NCBI RefSeq assembly: GCF_009914755.1
Contig: NC_060933.1
DNA: 64,000 bases
Strand: one strand, 5' to 3'
Source: the human T2T-CHM13v2.0 reference genome, Homo sapiens
Shown here: in pieces, positions 37,177 through 51,000 of the stretch
Layout of the letters: every line of letters starts with the position of its first letter
Position numbering within the stretch: the stretch's first letter is position 1
Made by a program: the position numbers and the translations under genes
The notes under the pieces: model-generated
The model's input: only the letters and a program-made list of their open reading frames with translations
Told to the model about the DNA's origin: nothing
The model's database searches: none

Positions 37177-40100
37177 CATTCTCAGAAACTTCCTTGTGAT
37201 GTGTGTACTCAAGTAACAGAGTTGAACCTTCCTTTTGACAGAGCAGTTTTGAAGCACTCTTTTTGTAGAATCTGCAAGTGGATATTTTGATACCTTTGAG
37301 GATTTCGTTGGACACGGGATATCTTCATATAAAATCTAGACAGAAGCATTCTCAGAAACTTCTTTGTGCTGTATGTCCTCAATTAACAGAGTTGAACCTT
37401 TGTGTGGATACAGCATTTTGGAAACATTCCTTTAGAAGAATCTGCAAGTTGATATTTAGATAGCTAGGAAGATTTCCTTGGAAACGGGAATATCTTCATA
37501 TAAAATCTAGACGGAAGCATTCTCAGAAAGAGCTTTGTGATGTTTGCATTCAAGTCACAGAGTTGAATATTCCCTTTTATAGAGCAGGTTTGAAACACTC
37601 TTTCTGCACTACCTGGAAGTGGACATTTGGAGCGATTTGAGGCCTATGTTGAAAAAGGAAATATCTTCCCATAAAAACTAGACAGAAGCATTCTCAGAAA
37701 CTTGTTTGTGATGTGTGTATTCAACTAACAGAGATGAACCTTTCTTTTTACAGAGCAGTTTTGAAACACTCTTTTTGTGGAATCTGAAAGTGGATATTTG
37801 GATAGCTTTGCGGATTTCGTTGGAAACGGGATTACATATAAAATCTAGGGAGAAGCATTCTCAGGAACTTCTTTGTGATGTTTGCATTCAAGTCACAGAA
37901 CTGAACATTCCCTTTCATAGAGCAGGTTTGAAACACTCTTTCTGTAGTATCTGCAGGCGGACGTTTTAAGCGCTTTCAGGCCTGTGGTGAGAAAGGAAAT
38001 ATCTTCAAATAAAAACTAGACAGAAGCATTCTCAGAAACTTATTTGCGATGTGTGTCCTCAACTAACAGAGTTGAACCTTTCTTTTGATACAACATTTTG
38101 GAAACACTCTTTTTGTAGAATCTGCAAGTGGATATTTGGATAGCTTTGAAGGTTTCGTTGGAAACGGGAATATCTTCATATGAAATCAAGACAGAAGCAT
38201 TCTCAGAAACTTCTCTGTGATGTTTGCATTCAACTCATAGAGTTGAACACTTCCCTTCATACAGCAGGTTTGAAACACTCTTTTTCTAATATTTGGAAGT
38301 GGACATTTGCAGCGCTTTGAGGCCTATGTTGAAAAAGGAAATATCTTCTCCTAAAAACCAGACAGAAGCATTCTCAGAAACTTCCTTGTGATGTGTGTAC
38401 TCAAGTAACAGAGTTGAACCTTCCTTTTGACAGAGCAGTTTTGAAGCACTCTTTTTGTAGAATCTGCAAGTGGATATTTTGATACCTTTGAGGATTTCGT
38501 TGGACACGGGATATCTTCATATGAAATCTAGACAGAAGCATTCTCAGAAACTTCTTTGTGCTGTATGTCCTCAATTAACAGAGTTGAACCTTTGTGTGGA
38601 TACAGCATTTTGGAAACATTCCTTTAGTAGAATCTGCAAGTTGATATTTAGATAGCTAGGAAGATTTCCTTGGAAACGGGAATATCTTCATATAAAATCT
38701 AGACGGAAGCATTCTCAGAAACTGCTTTGTGATGTTTTCATTCAAGTCACAGAGTAGAATGTTCCCTGTTATATACCAGGTTTGAGACACTCTTTCTGCA
38801 CTACCTGGAAGTGGACATTTGGAGCGCTTTGAGGCCTATGATGAAAAAGGAAATATCTTCCCATAAAAACTAGACAGAAGCATTCTCAGAAACTTGTTTG
38901 TGATGTGTGTATTCAACTAACAGAGATGAACCTTTCTTTTTACAGAGCAGTTTTGAAACACTCTTTTTGTGGAATCTGAAAGTGGATATTTGGATAGCTT
39001 TGAGGATTTCGTTGGAAACGGGATTACATATAAAATCTAGAGAGAAGCATTCTCAGGAACTTCTTTGTGATGTTTGCATTCACGTCACAGAACTGAACAT
39101 TCCCTTTCATAGAGCATGTTTGAAACACTCTTTCTGTAGTATCTGCAAACGGACATTTCAAACGCTTTCAGGCCTATGGTGAGAAAGGAAATATCTTCAA
39201 ATAAAAACTAGACAGAAGCATTCTCAGAAACTTATTTGCGATGTGTGTCCTCAACTAACAGAGTTGAACCTTTCATTTGATACAACATTTTGGAAACACT
39301 CTTTTTGTGGAATCTGCAAGTGGATATTTGGATAGCTTTGAAGATTTCGTTGGAAACGGGAATATCTTCATATAAAATCAAGACAGAAGCATTCTCAGAA
39401 ACTTCTCTGTGATGTTTGCATTCAACTCATAGAGTTGAACACTTCCCTTCATACAGCAGGTTTGAAACACTCTTTTTGTAATATTTGGAAGTGGACATTT
39501 GCAGCGCTTTGAGGCCTATGATGAAAAAGGAAATATCTTCCCATAAAAACTAGACAGAAGCATTCTCAGAAACTTGTTTGTGATGTGTGTATTCAACTAA
39601 CAGAGATGAACCTTTCTTTTTACAGAGCAGTTTTGAAACACTCTTTTTGTGGAATCTGAAAGTGGATATTTGGATAGCTTTGCGGATTTCGTTGGAAACG
39701 GGATTACATATAAAATCTAGGGAGAAGCATTCTCAGGAACTTCTTTGTGATGTTTGCATTCAAGTCACAGAACTGAACATTCCCTTTCATAGAGCAGGTT
39801 TGAAACACTCTTTCTGTAGTATCTGCAAGCGGACGTTTTAAGCGCTTTCAGGCCTGTGGTGAGAAAGGAAATATCTTCAAATAAAAACTAGACAGAAGCA
39901 TTCTCAGAAACTTATTTGCGATGTGTGTCCTCAACTAACAGAGTTGAACCTTTCTTTTGATACAACATTTTGGAAACACTCTTTTTGTAGAATCTGCAAG
40001 TGGATATTTGGATAGCTTTGAAGGTTTCGTTGGAAACGGGAATATCTTCATATGAAATCAAGACAGAAGCATTCTCAGAAACTTCTCTGTGATGTTTGCA

Positions 40101-40240
40101 TTCAACTCATAGAGTTGAACACTTCCCTTCATACAGCAGGTTTGAAACACTCTTTTTCTAATATTTGGAAGTGGACATTTGCAGCGCTTTGAGGCCTATG
40201 TTGAAAAAGGAAATATCTTCTCCTAAAAACCAGACAGAAG
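37177..40240 (+). repeat. 7-mer (1192 bp) followed by 11-mer (1872 bp) HOR variants
   Basis: Marker ORFs at 37278, 38470 and 40342. Confidence 0.92.
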
Positions 40241-43200
40241 CATTCTCAGAAACTTCCTTCTGATGTGTGTACTCAAGTAACAGAGTTGAACCTTCCTTTT
40301 GACAGAGCAGTTTTGAAGCACTCTTTTTGTAGAATCTGCAAGTGGATATTTTGATACCTTTGAGGATTTCGTTGGACACGGGATATCTTCATATAAAATC
40401 TAGACAGAAGCATTCTCAGAAACTTCTTTGTGCTGTATGTCCTCAATTAACAGAGTTGAACCTTTGTGTGGATACAGCATTTTGGAAACATTCCTTTAGT
40501 AGAATCTGCAAGTTGATATTTAGATAGCTAGGAAGATTTCCTTGGAAACGGGAATATCTTCATATAAAATCTAGACGGAAGCATTCTCAGAAAGTGCTTT
40601 GTGATGTTTGCATTCAAGTCACAGAGTTGAATATTCCCTTTTATAGAGCAGGTTTGAAACACTCTTTCTGCACTACCTGGAAGTGGACATTTGGAGCGCT
40701 TTGAGGCCTATGTTGAAAAAGGAAATATCTTCCCATAAAAACTAGACAGAAGCATTCTCAGAAACTTGTTTGTGATGTGTGTATTCAACTAACAGAGATG
40801 AACCTTTCTTTTTACAGAGCAGTTTTGAAACACTCTTTTTGTGGAATCTGAAAGTGGATATTTGGATAGCTTTGAGGATTTCGTTGGAAACGGGATTACA
40901 TATAAAACCTAGAGAGAAGCATTCTCAGGAACTTCTTTGTGATGTTTGCCTTCAAGTCACAGGACTGAACATTCCCTTTCATAGAGCAGGTTTGAAACAC
41001 TCTTTCTGTAGTATCTGCAAGCTGACGTTTCAAGCGCTTTCAGGCCTATGGTGAGAAAGGAAATATCTTCAAGTAAAAACTAGACAGAAGCATTCTCAGA
41101 AACTTATTTGCCATGTGTGTTCTCAACTAACAGAGTTGAACCTTTGTTTTGATACGGCATTTTGGAAACACTCTTTTTGTAGAATCTGCAGGTGGATATT
41201 CGGATAGCTTTGAAGGTTTCGTTGGAAACGGGAATATCTTCATATAAAATCTAGACGGAAGCATTCTCAGAAACTGCTTTGTGATGTTTTCATTCAAGTC
41301 ACAGAGTAGAATCTTCCCTGTTATATACCAGGTTTCAGACACTCTTTCTGCACTACCTGGAAGTGGACATTTGCAGCGCTTTGAGGCCTATGATGAAAAA
41401 GGAAATATCTTCCCATAAAAACTAGACAGAAGCATTCTCAGAAACTTGTTTGTGATGTGTGTATTCAACTAACAGAGATGAACCTTTCTTTTTACAGAGC
41501 AGTTTTGAAACACTCTTTTTGTGGAATCTGAAAGTGGATATTTGGATAGCTTTGAGGATTTCGTTGGAAACGGGATTACATATAAAATCTAGAGAGAAGC
41601 ATTCTCAGGAACTTCTTTGTGATGTTTGCATTCACGTCACAGAACTGAACATTCCCTTTCATAGAGCATGTTTGAAACACTCTTTCTGTAGTATCTGCAA
41701 ACGGACATTTCAAACGCTTTCAGGCCTATGGTGAGAAAGGAAATATCTTCAAATAAAAACTAGACAGAAGCATTCTCAGAAACTTATTTGCGATGTGTGT
41801 CCTCAACTAACAGAGTTGAACCTTTCATTTGATACAACATTTTGGAAACACTCTTTTTGTGGAATCTGCAAGTGGATATTTGGATAGCTTTGAAGATTTC
41901 GTTGGAAACGGGAATATCTTCATATAAAATCAAGACAGAAGCATTCTCAGAAACTTCTCTGTGATGTTTGCATTCAACTCATAGAGTTGAACACTTCCCT
42001 TCATACAGCAGGTTTGAAACACTCTTGTAATATTTGGAAGTGGACATTTGCAGCGCTTTGAGGCCTATGATGAAAAAGGTAATATCTTCCCATAAAAACT
42101 AGACAGAAGCATTCTCAGAAACTTGTTTGTGATGTGTGTATTCAACTAACAGAGATGAACCTTTCTTTTTACAGAGCAGTTTTGAAACACTCTTTTTGTG
42201 GAATCTGAAAGTGGATATTTGGATAGCTTTGCGGATTTCGTTGGAAACGGGATTACATATAAAATCTAGGGAGAAGCATTCTCAGGAACTTCTTTGTGAT
42301 GTTTGCATTCAAGTCACAGAACTGAACATTCCCTTTCATAGAGCAGGTTTGAAACACTCTTTCTGTAGTATCTGCAAGCGGACGTTTTAAGCGCTTTCAG
42401 GCCTGTGGTGAGAAAGGAAATATCTTCAAATAAAAACTAGACAGAAGCATTCTCAGAAACTTATTTGCGATGTGTGTCCTCAACTAACAGAGTTGAACCT
42501 TTCTTTTGATACAACATTTTGGAAACACTCTTTTTGTAGAATCTGCAAGTGGATATTTGGATAGCTTTGAAGGTTTCGTTGGAAACGGGAATATCTTCAT
42601 ATGAAATCAAGACAGAAGCATTCTCAGAAACTTCTCTGTGATGTTTGCATTCAACTCATAGAGTTGAACACTTCCCTTCATACAGCAGGTTTGAAACACT
42701 CTTTTTCTAATATTTGGAAGTGGACATTTGCAGCGCTTTGAGGCCTATGTTGAAAAAGGAAATATCTTCTCCTAAAAACCAGACAGAAGCATTCTCAGAA
42801 ACTTCCTTCTGATGTGTGTACTCAAGTAACAGAGTTGAACCTTCCTTTTGACAGAGCAGTTTTGAAGCACTCTTTTTGTAGAATCTGCAAGTGGATATTT
42901 TGATACCTTTGAGGATTTCGTTGGACACGGGATATCTTCATATAAAATCTAGACAGAAGCATTCTCAGAAACTTCTTTGTGCTGTATGTCCTCAATTAAC
43001 AGAGTTGAACCTTTGTGTGGATACAGCATTTTGGAAACATTCCTTTAGTAGAATCTGCAAGTTGATATTTAGATAGCTAGGAAGATTTCCTTGGAAACGG
43101 GAATATCTTCATATAAAATCTAGACGGAAGCATTCTCAGAAAGTGCTTTGTGATGTCTTCATTCAAGTCACAGAGTAGAATGTTCCCTTTTATAGAGCAG

Positions 43201-45341
43201 GTTTGAAACACTCTTTCTGCACTACCTGGAAGTGGACATTTGGAGCGCTTTGAGACCTATGTTGAAAAAGGAAATATCTTCCCATAAAAACTAGACAGAA
43301 GCATTCTCAGAAACTTGTTTGTGATGTGTGTATTCAACTAACAGAGATGAACCTTTCTTTTTACAGAGCAGTTTTGAAACACTCTTTTTGTGGAATCTGA
43401 AAGTGGATATTTGGATAGCTTTGAGGATTTCGTTGGAAACGGGATTACATATAAAACCTAGAGAGAAGCATTCTCAGGAACTTCTTTGTGATGTTTGCCT
43501 TCAAGTCACAGGACTGAACATTCCCTTTCATAGAGCAGGTTTGAAACACTCTTTCTGTAGTATCTGCAAGCTGACGTTTCAAGCGCTTTCAGGCCTATGG
43601 TGAGAAAGGAAATATCTTCAAGTAAAAACTAGACAGAAGCATTCTCAGAAACTTATTTGCCATGTGTGTTCTCAACTAACAGAGTTGAACCTTTGTTTTG
43701 ATACGGCATTTTGGAAACACTCTTTTTGTAGAATCTGCAGGTGGATATTCGGATAGCTTTGAAGGTTTCGTTGGAAACGGGAATATCTTCATATAAAATC
43801 TAGACGGAAGCATTCTCAGAAACTGCTTTGTGATGTTTTCATTCAAGTCACAGAGTAGAATCTTCCCTGTTATATGCCAGGTTTGAGACACTCTTTCTGC
43901 ACTACCTGGAAGTGGACATTTGCAGCGCTTTGAGGCCTATGATGAAAAAGGAAATATCTTCCCATAAAAACTAGACAGAAGCATTCTCAGAAACTTGTTT
44001 GTGATGTGTGTATTCAACTAACAGAGATGAACCTTTCTTTTTACAGAGCAGTTTTGAAACACTCTTTTTGTGGAATCTGAAAGTGGATATTTGGATAGCT
44101 TTGAGGATTTCGTTGGAAACGGGATTACATATAAAATCTAGAGAGAAGCATTCTCAGGAACTTCTTTGTGATGTTTGCATTCACGTCACAGAACTGAACA
44201 TTCCCTTTCATAGAGCATGTTTGAAACACTCTTTCTGTAGTATCTGCAAACGGACATTTCAAACGCTTTCAGGCCTATGGTGAGAAAGGAAATATCTTCA
44301 AATAAAAACTAGACAGAAGCATTCTCAGAAACTTATTTGCGATGTGTGTCCTCAACTAACAGAGTTGAACCTTTCATTTGATACAACATTTTGGAAACAC
44401 TCTTTTTGTGGAATCTGCAAGTGGATATTTGGATAGCTTTGAAGATTTCGTTGGAAACGGGAATATCTTCATATAAAATCAAGACAGAAGCATTCTCAGA
44501 AACTTCTCTGTGATGTTTGCATTCAACTCATAGAGTTGAACACTTCCCTTCATACAGCAGGTTTGAAACACTCTTTTTGTAATATTTGGAAGTGGACATT
44601 TGCAGCGCTTTGAGGCCTATGATGAAAAAGGTAATATCTTCCCATAAAAACTAGACAGAAGCATTCTCAGAAACTTGTTTGTGATGTGTGTATTCAACTA
44701 ACAGAGATGAACCTTTCTTTTTACAGAGCAGTTTTGAAACACTCTTTTTGTGGAATCTGAAAGTGGATATTTGGATAGCTTTGCGGATTTCGTTGGAAAC
44801 GGGATTACATATAAAATCTAGGGAGAAGCATTCTCAGGAACTTCTTTGTGATGTTTGCATTCAAGTCACAGAACTGAACATTCCCTTTCATAGAGCAGGT
44901 TTGAAACACTCTTTCTGTAGTATCTGCAAGCGGACGTTTTAAGCGCTTTCAGGCCTGTGGTGAGAAAGGAAATATCTTCAAATAAAAACTAGACAGAAGC
45001 ATTCTCAGAAACTTATTTGCGATGTGTGTCCTCAACTAACAGAGTTGAACCTTTCTTTTGATACAACATTTTGGAAACACTCTTTTTGTAGAATCTGCAA
45101 GTGGATATTTGGATAGCTTTGAAGGTTTCGTTGGAAACGGGAATATCTTCATATGAAATCAAGACAGAAGCATTCTCAGAAACTTCTCTGTGATGTTTGC
45201 ATTCAACTCATAGAGTTGAACACTTCCCTTCATACAGCAGGTTTGAAACACTCTTTTTCTAATATTTGGAAGTGGACATTTGCAGCGCTTTGAGGCCTAT
45301 GTTGAAAAAGGAAATATCTTCTCCTAAAAACCAGACAGAAG

Positions 45342-48064
45342 CATTCTCAGAAACTTCTTTGTGATGTGTGTACTCAAGTAACAGAGTTGAACCTTCCTTT
45401 TGACAGAGCAGTTTTGAAGCACTCTTTTTGTAGAATCTGCAAGTGGATATTTTGATACCTTTGAGGATTTCGTTGGACACGGGATATCTTCATATAAAAT
45501 CTAGACAGAAGCATTCTCAGAAACTTCTTTGTGCTGTATGTCCTCAATTAACAGAGTTGAACCTTTGTGTGGATACAGCATTTTGGAAACATTCCTTTAG
45601 TAGAATCTGCAAGTTGATATTTAGATAGCTAGGAAGATTTCCTTGGAAACGGGAATATCTTCATATAAAATCTAGACGGAAGCATTCTCAGAAAGTGCTT
45701 TGTGATGTTTGCATTCAAGTCACAGAGTTGAATATTCCCTTTTATAGAGCAGGTTTGAAACACTCTTTCTGCACTACCTGGAAGTGGACATTTGGAGCGC
45801 TTTGAGGCCTATGTTGAAAAAGGAAATATCTTCCCATAAAAACTAGACAGAAGCATTCTCAGAAACTTGTTTGTGATGTGTGTATTCAACTAACAGAGAT
45901 GAACCTTTCTTTTTACAGAGCAGTTTTGAAACACTCTTTTTGTGGAATCTGAAAGTGGATATTTGGATAGCTTTGAGGATTTCGTTGGAAACGGGATTAC
46001 ATATAAAACCTAGAGAGAAGCATTCTCAGGAACTTCTTTGTGATGTTTGCCTTCAAGTCACAGGACTGAACATTCCCTTTCATAGAGCAGGTTTGAAACA
46101 CTCTTTCTGTAGTATCTGCAAGCTGACGTTTCAAGCGCTTTCAGGCCTATGGTGAGAAAGGAAATATCTTCAAGTAAAAACTAGACAGAAGCATTCTCAG
46201 AAACTTATTTGCCATGTGTGTTCTCAACTAACAGAGTTGAACCTTTGTTTTGATACGGCATTTTGGAAACACTCTTTTTGTAGAATCTGCAGGTGGATAT
46301 TCGGATAGCATTGAAGGTTTCGTTGGAAACGGGAATATCTTCATATAAAATCTAGACGGAAGCATTCTCAGAAACTGCTTTGGGATGTTTTCATTCAAGT
46401 CACAGAGTAGAATGTTCCCTGTTATATACCAGGTTTGAGACACTCTTTCTGCACTACCTGGAAGTGGACGTTTGGAGCGCTTTGAGGCCTATGTTGAAAA
46501 AGGAAATATCTTCCCATAAAAACTAGACAGAAGCATTCTCAGAAACTTGTTTGTGATGTGTGTATTCAACTAACAGAGATGAACCTTTCTTTTTACAGAG
46601 CAGTTTTGAAACACTCTTTTTGTGGAATCTGAAAGTGGATATTTGGATAGCTTTGAGGATTTCGTTGGAAACGGGATTACATATAAAACCTAGAGAGAAG
46701 CATTCTCAGGAACTTCTTTGTGATGTTTTCATTCAAGTCACAGAACTGAACATTCCCTTTCATAGAGCAGGTTTGAAACACTCTTTCTGTAGTATCTGCA
46801 AGCTGACGTTTCAAGCGCTTTCAGGCCTATGGTGAGAAAGGAAATATCTTCAAGTAAAAACTAGACAGAAGCATTCTCAGAAACTTCTTTGCGATGTGTG
46901 TTCTCAACTAACAGAGTTGAACCTTTGTTTTGATATGGCATTTTGGAAACACTCTTTTTGTAGAATCTGCAGGTGGATATTCGGATAGCTTTGAAGGTTT
47001 CGTTGGAAACGGGAATATCTTCATATAAAATCTAGACGGAAGCATTCTCAGAAACTGCTTTGTGATGTTTTCATTCAAGTCACAGAGTAGAATGTTCCCT
47101 GTTATATACCAGGTTTGAGACACTCTTTCTGCACTACCTGGAAGTGGACATTTGCAGCGCTTTGAGGCCTATGATGAAAAAGGAAATATCTTCCCATAAA
47201 AACTAGACAGAAGCATTCTCAGAAAATTCTCTGTGATGTTTGCATTCAACTCATAGAGTTGAACGCTTCCCTTCATACAGCAGGTTTGAAACACTCTTTT
47301 TGTAATATTTGGAAGTGGACATTTGCAGCGCTTTGAGGCCTATGATGAAAAAGGTAATATCTTCCCATAAAAACTAGACAGAAGCATTCTCAGAAACTTG
47401 TTTGTGATGTGTGTATTCAACTAACAGAGATGAACCTTTCTTTTTACAGAGCAGTTTTGAAACACTCTTTTTGTGGAATCTGAAAGTGGATATTTGGATA
47501 CCTTTGCGGATTTCGTTGGAAACGGGATTACATATAAAATCTAGGGAGAAGCATTCTCAGGAACTTCTTTGTGATGGTTGCATTCAAGTCACAGAACTGA
47601 ACATTCCCTTTCATAGAGCAGGTTTGAAACACTCTTTCTGTAGTATCTGCAAGCGGACGTTTTAAGCGCTTTCAGGCCTGTGGTGAGAAAGGAAATATCT
47701 TCAAATAAAAACTAGACAGAAGCATTCTCAGAAACTTATTTGCGATGTGTGTCCTCAACTAACAGAGTTGAACCTTTCTTTTGATACAACATTTTGGAAA
47801 CACTCTTTTTGTAGAATCTGCAAGTGGATATTTGGATAGCTTTGAAGGTTTCGTTGGAAACGGGAATATCTTCATATGAAATCAAGACAGAAGCATTCTC
47901 AGAAACTTCTCTGTGATGTTTGCATTCAACTCATAGAGTTGAACACTTCCCTTCATACAGCAGGTTTGAAACACTCTTTTTCTAATATTTGGAAGTGGAC
48001 ATTTGCAGCGCTTTGAGGCCTATGTTGAAAAAGGAAATATCTTCTCCTAAAAACCAGACAGAAG
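45342..48064 (+). repeat. 16-mer HOR variant (2723 bp)
   Basis: Marker ORFs at 45443 and 48166. Two m4-type monomers are adjacent at 47043-47384. Confidence 0.9.
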
Positions 48065-51000
48065 CATTCTCAGAAACTTCCTTGTGATGTGTGTACTCAA
48101 GTAACAGAGTTGAACCTTCCTTTTGACAGAGCAGTTTTGAAGCACTCTTTTTGTAGAATCTGCAAGTGGATATTTTGATACCTTTGAGGATTTCGTTGGA
48201 CACGGGATATCTTCATATGAAATCTAGACAGAATCATTCTCAGAAACTTCTTTGTGCTGTATGTCCTCAATTAACAGAGTTGAACCTTTGTGTGGATACA
48301 GCATTTTGGAAACATTCCTTTAGTAGAATCTGCAAGTTGATATTTAGATAGCTAGGAAGATTTCCTTGGAAACGGGAATATCTTCATATAAAATCTAGAC
48401 GGAAGCATTCTCAGAAAGTGCTTTGTGATGTTTGCATTCAAGTCACAGAGTTGAATATTCCCTTTTATAGAGCAGGTTTGAAACACTCTTTCTGCACTAC
48501 CTGGAAGTGGACATTTGGAGCGCTTTGAGGCCTATGTTGAAAAAGGAAATATCTTCCCATAAAAACTAGACAGAAGCATTCTCAGAAACTTGTTTGTGAT
48601 GTGTGTATTCAACTAACAGAGATGAACCTTTCTTTTTACAGAGCAGTTTTGAAACACTCTTTTTGTGGAATCTGAAAGTGGATATTTGGATAGCTTTGAG
48701 GATTTCGTTGGAAACGGGATTACATATAAAACCTAGAGAGAAGCATTCTCAGGAACTTCTTTGTGATGTTTGCCTTCAAGTCACAGGACTGAACATTCCC
48801 TTTCATAGAGCAGGTTTGAAACACTCTTTCTGTAGTATCTGCAAGCTGACGTTTCAAGCGCTTTCAGGCCTATGGTGAGAAAGGAAATATCTTCAAGTAA
48901 AAACTAGACAGAAGCATTCTCAGAAACTTATTTGCGATGTGTGTTCTCAACTAACAGAGTTGAACCTTTGTTTTGATATGGCATTTTGGAAACACTCTTT
49001 TTGTAGAATCTGCAGGTGGATATTCGGATAGCTTTGAAGGTTTCGTTGGAAACGGGAATATCTTCATATAAAATCTAGACGGAAGCATTCTCAGAAACTG
49101 CTCTGTGATGTTTTCATTCAAGTCACAGAGTAGAATGTTCCCTGTTATATACCAGGTTTGAGACACTCTTTCTGCACTACCTGGAAGTGGACATTTGCAG
49201 CGCTTTGAGGCCTATGATGAAAAAGGAAATATCTTCCCATAAAAACTAGACAGAAGCATTCTCAGAAACTTGTTTTTGATGTGTGTATTCAACTAACAGA
49301 GATGAACCTTTCTTTTTACAGAGCAGTTTTGAAACACTCTTTTTGTGGAATCTGAAAGTGGATATTTGGATAGCTTTGAGGAATTCGTTGGAAACGGGAT
49401 TACATATAAAATCTAGAGAGAAGCATTCTCAGGAACTTCTTTGTGATGTTTGCATTCACGTCACAGAACTGAACATTCCCTTTCATAGAGCATGTTTGAA
49501 ACACTCTTTCTGTAGTATCTGCAAACGGACATTTCAAACGCTTTCAGGCCTATGGTGAGAAAGGAAATATCTTCAAATAAAAACTAGACAGAAGCATTCT
49601 CAGAAACTTATTTGCGATGTGTGTCCTCAACTAACAGAGTTGAACCTTTCTTTTGATACAACATTTTGGAAACACTCTTTTTGTAGAATCTGCAAGTGGA
49701 TATTTGAATAGCTTTGAAGGTTTCGTTGGAAACGGGAATATCTTCATATAAAATCAAGACAGAAGCATTCTCAGAAACTTCTCTGTGATGTTTGCATTCA
49801 ACTCATAGAGTTGAACACTTCCCTTCATACAGCAGGCTTGAAACACTCTTTTTGTAATATTTGGAAGTGGACATTTGCAGCGCTTTGATGCCTATGATGA
49901 AAAAGGTAATATCTTCCCATAAAAACTAGACAGAAGCATTCTCAGAAACTTGTTTGTGATGTGTGTATTCAACTAACAGAGATGAACCTTTCTTTTTACA
50001 GAGCAGTTTTGAAACACTCTTTTTGTGGAATCTGAAAGTGGATATTCGGATAGCTTTGCGGATTTCGTTGGAAACGGGATTACATATAAAATCTAGGGAG
50101 AAGCATTCTCAGGAACTTCTTTGTGATGTTTGCATTCAAGTCACAGAACTGAACATTCCCTTTCATAGAGCAGGTTTGAAACACTCTTTCTGTAGTATCT
50201 GCAAGCGGACGTTTTAAGCGCTTTCAGGCCTGTGGTGAGAAAGGAAATATCTTCAAATAAAAACTAGACAGAAGCATTCTCAGAAACTTATTTGCGATGT
50301 GTGTCCTCAACTAACAGAGTTGAACCTTTCTTTTGATACAACATTTTGGAAACACTCTTTTTGTAGAATCTGCAAGTGGATATTTGGATAGCTTTGAAGG
50401 TTTCGTTGGAAACGGGAATATCTTCATATGAAATCAAGACAGAAGCATTCTCAGAAACTTCTCTGTGATGTTTGCATTCAACTCATAGAGTTGAACACTT
50501 CCCTTCATACAGCAGGTTTGAAACACTCTTTTTCTAATATTTGGAAGTGGACATTTGCAGCGCTTTGAGGCCTATGTTGAAAAAGGAAATATCTTCTCCT
50601 AAAAACCAGACAGAAGCATTCTCAGAAACTTCCTTGTGATGTGTGTACTCAAGTAACAGAGTTGAACCTTCCTTTTGACAGAGCAGTTTTGAAGCACTCT
50701 TTTTGTAGAATCTGCAAGTGGATATTTTGATACCTTTGAGGATTTCGTTGGACACGGGATATCTTCATATGAAATCTAGACAGAATCATTCTCAGAAACT
50801 TCTTTGTGCTGTATGTCCTCAATTAACAGAGTTGAACCTTTGTGTGGATACAGCATTTTGGAAACATTCCTTTAGTAGAATCTGCAAGTTGATATTTAGA
50901 TAGCTAGGAAGATTTCCTTGGAAACGGGAATATCTTCATATAAAATCTAGACGGAAGCATTCTCAGAAAGTGCTTTGTGATGTTTGCATTCAAGTCACAG

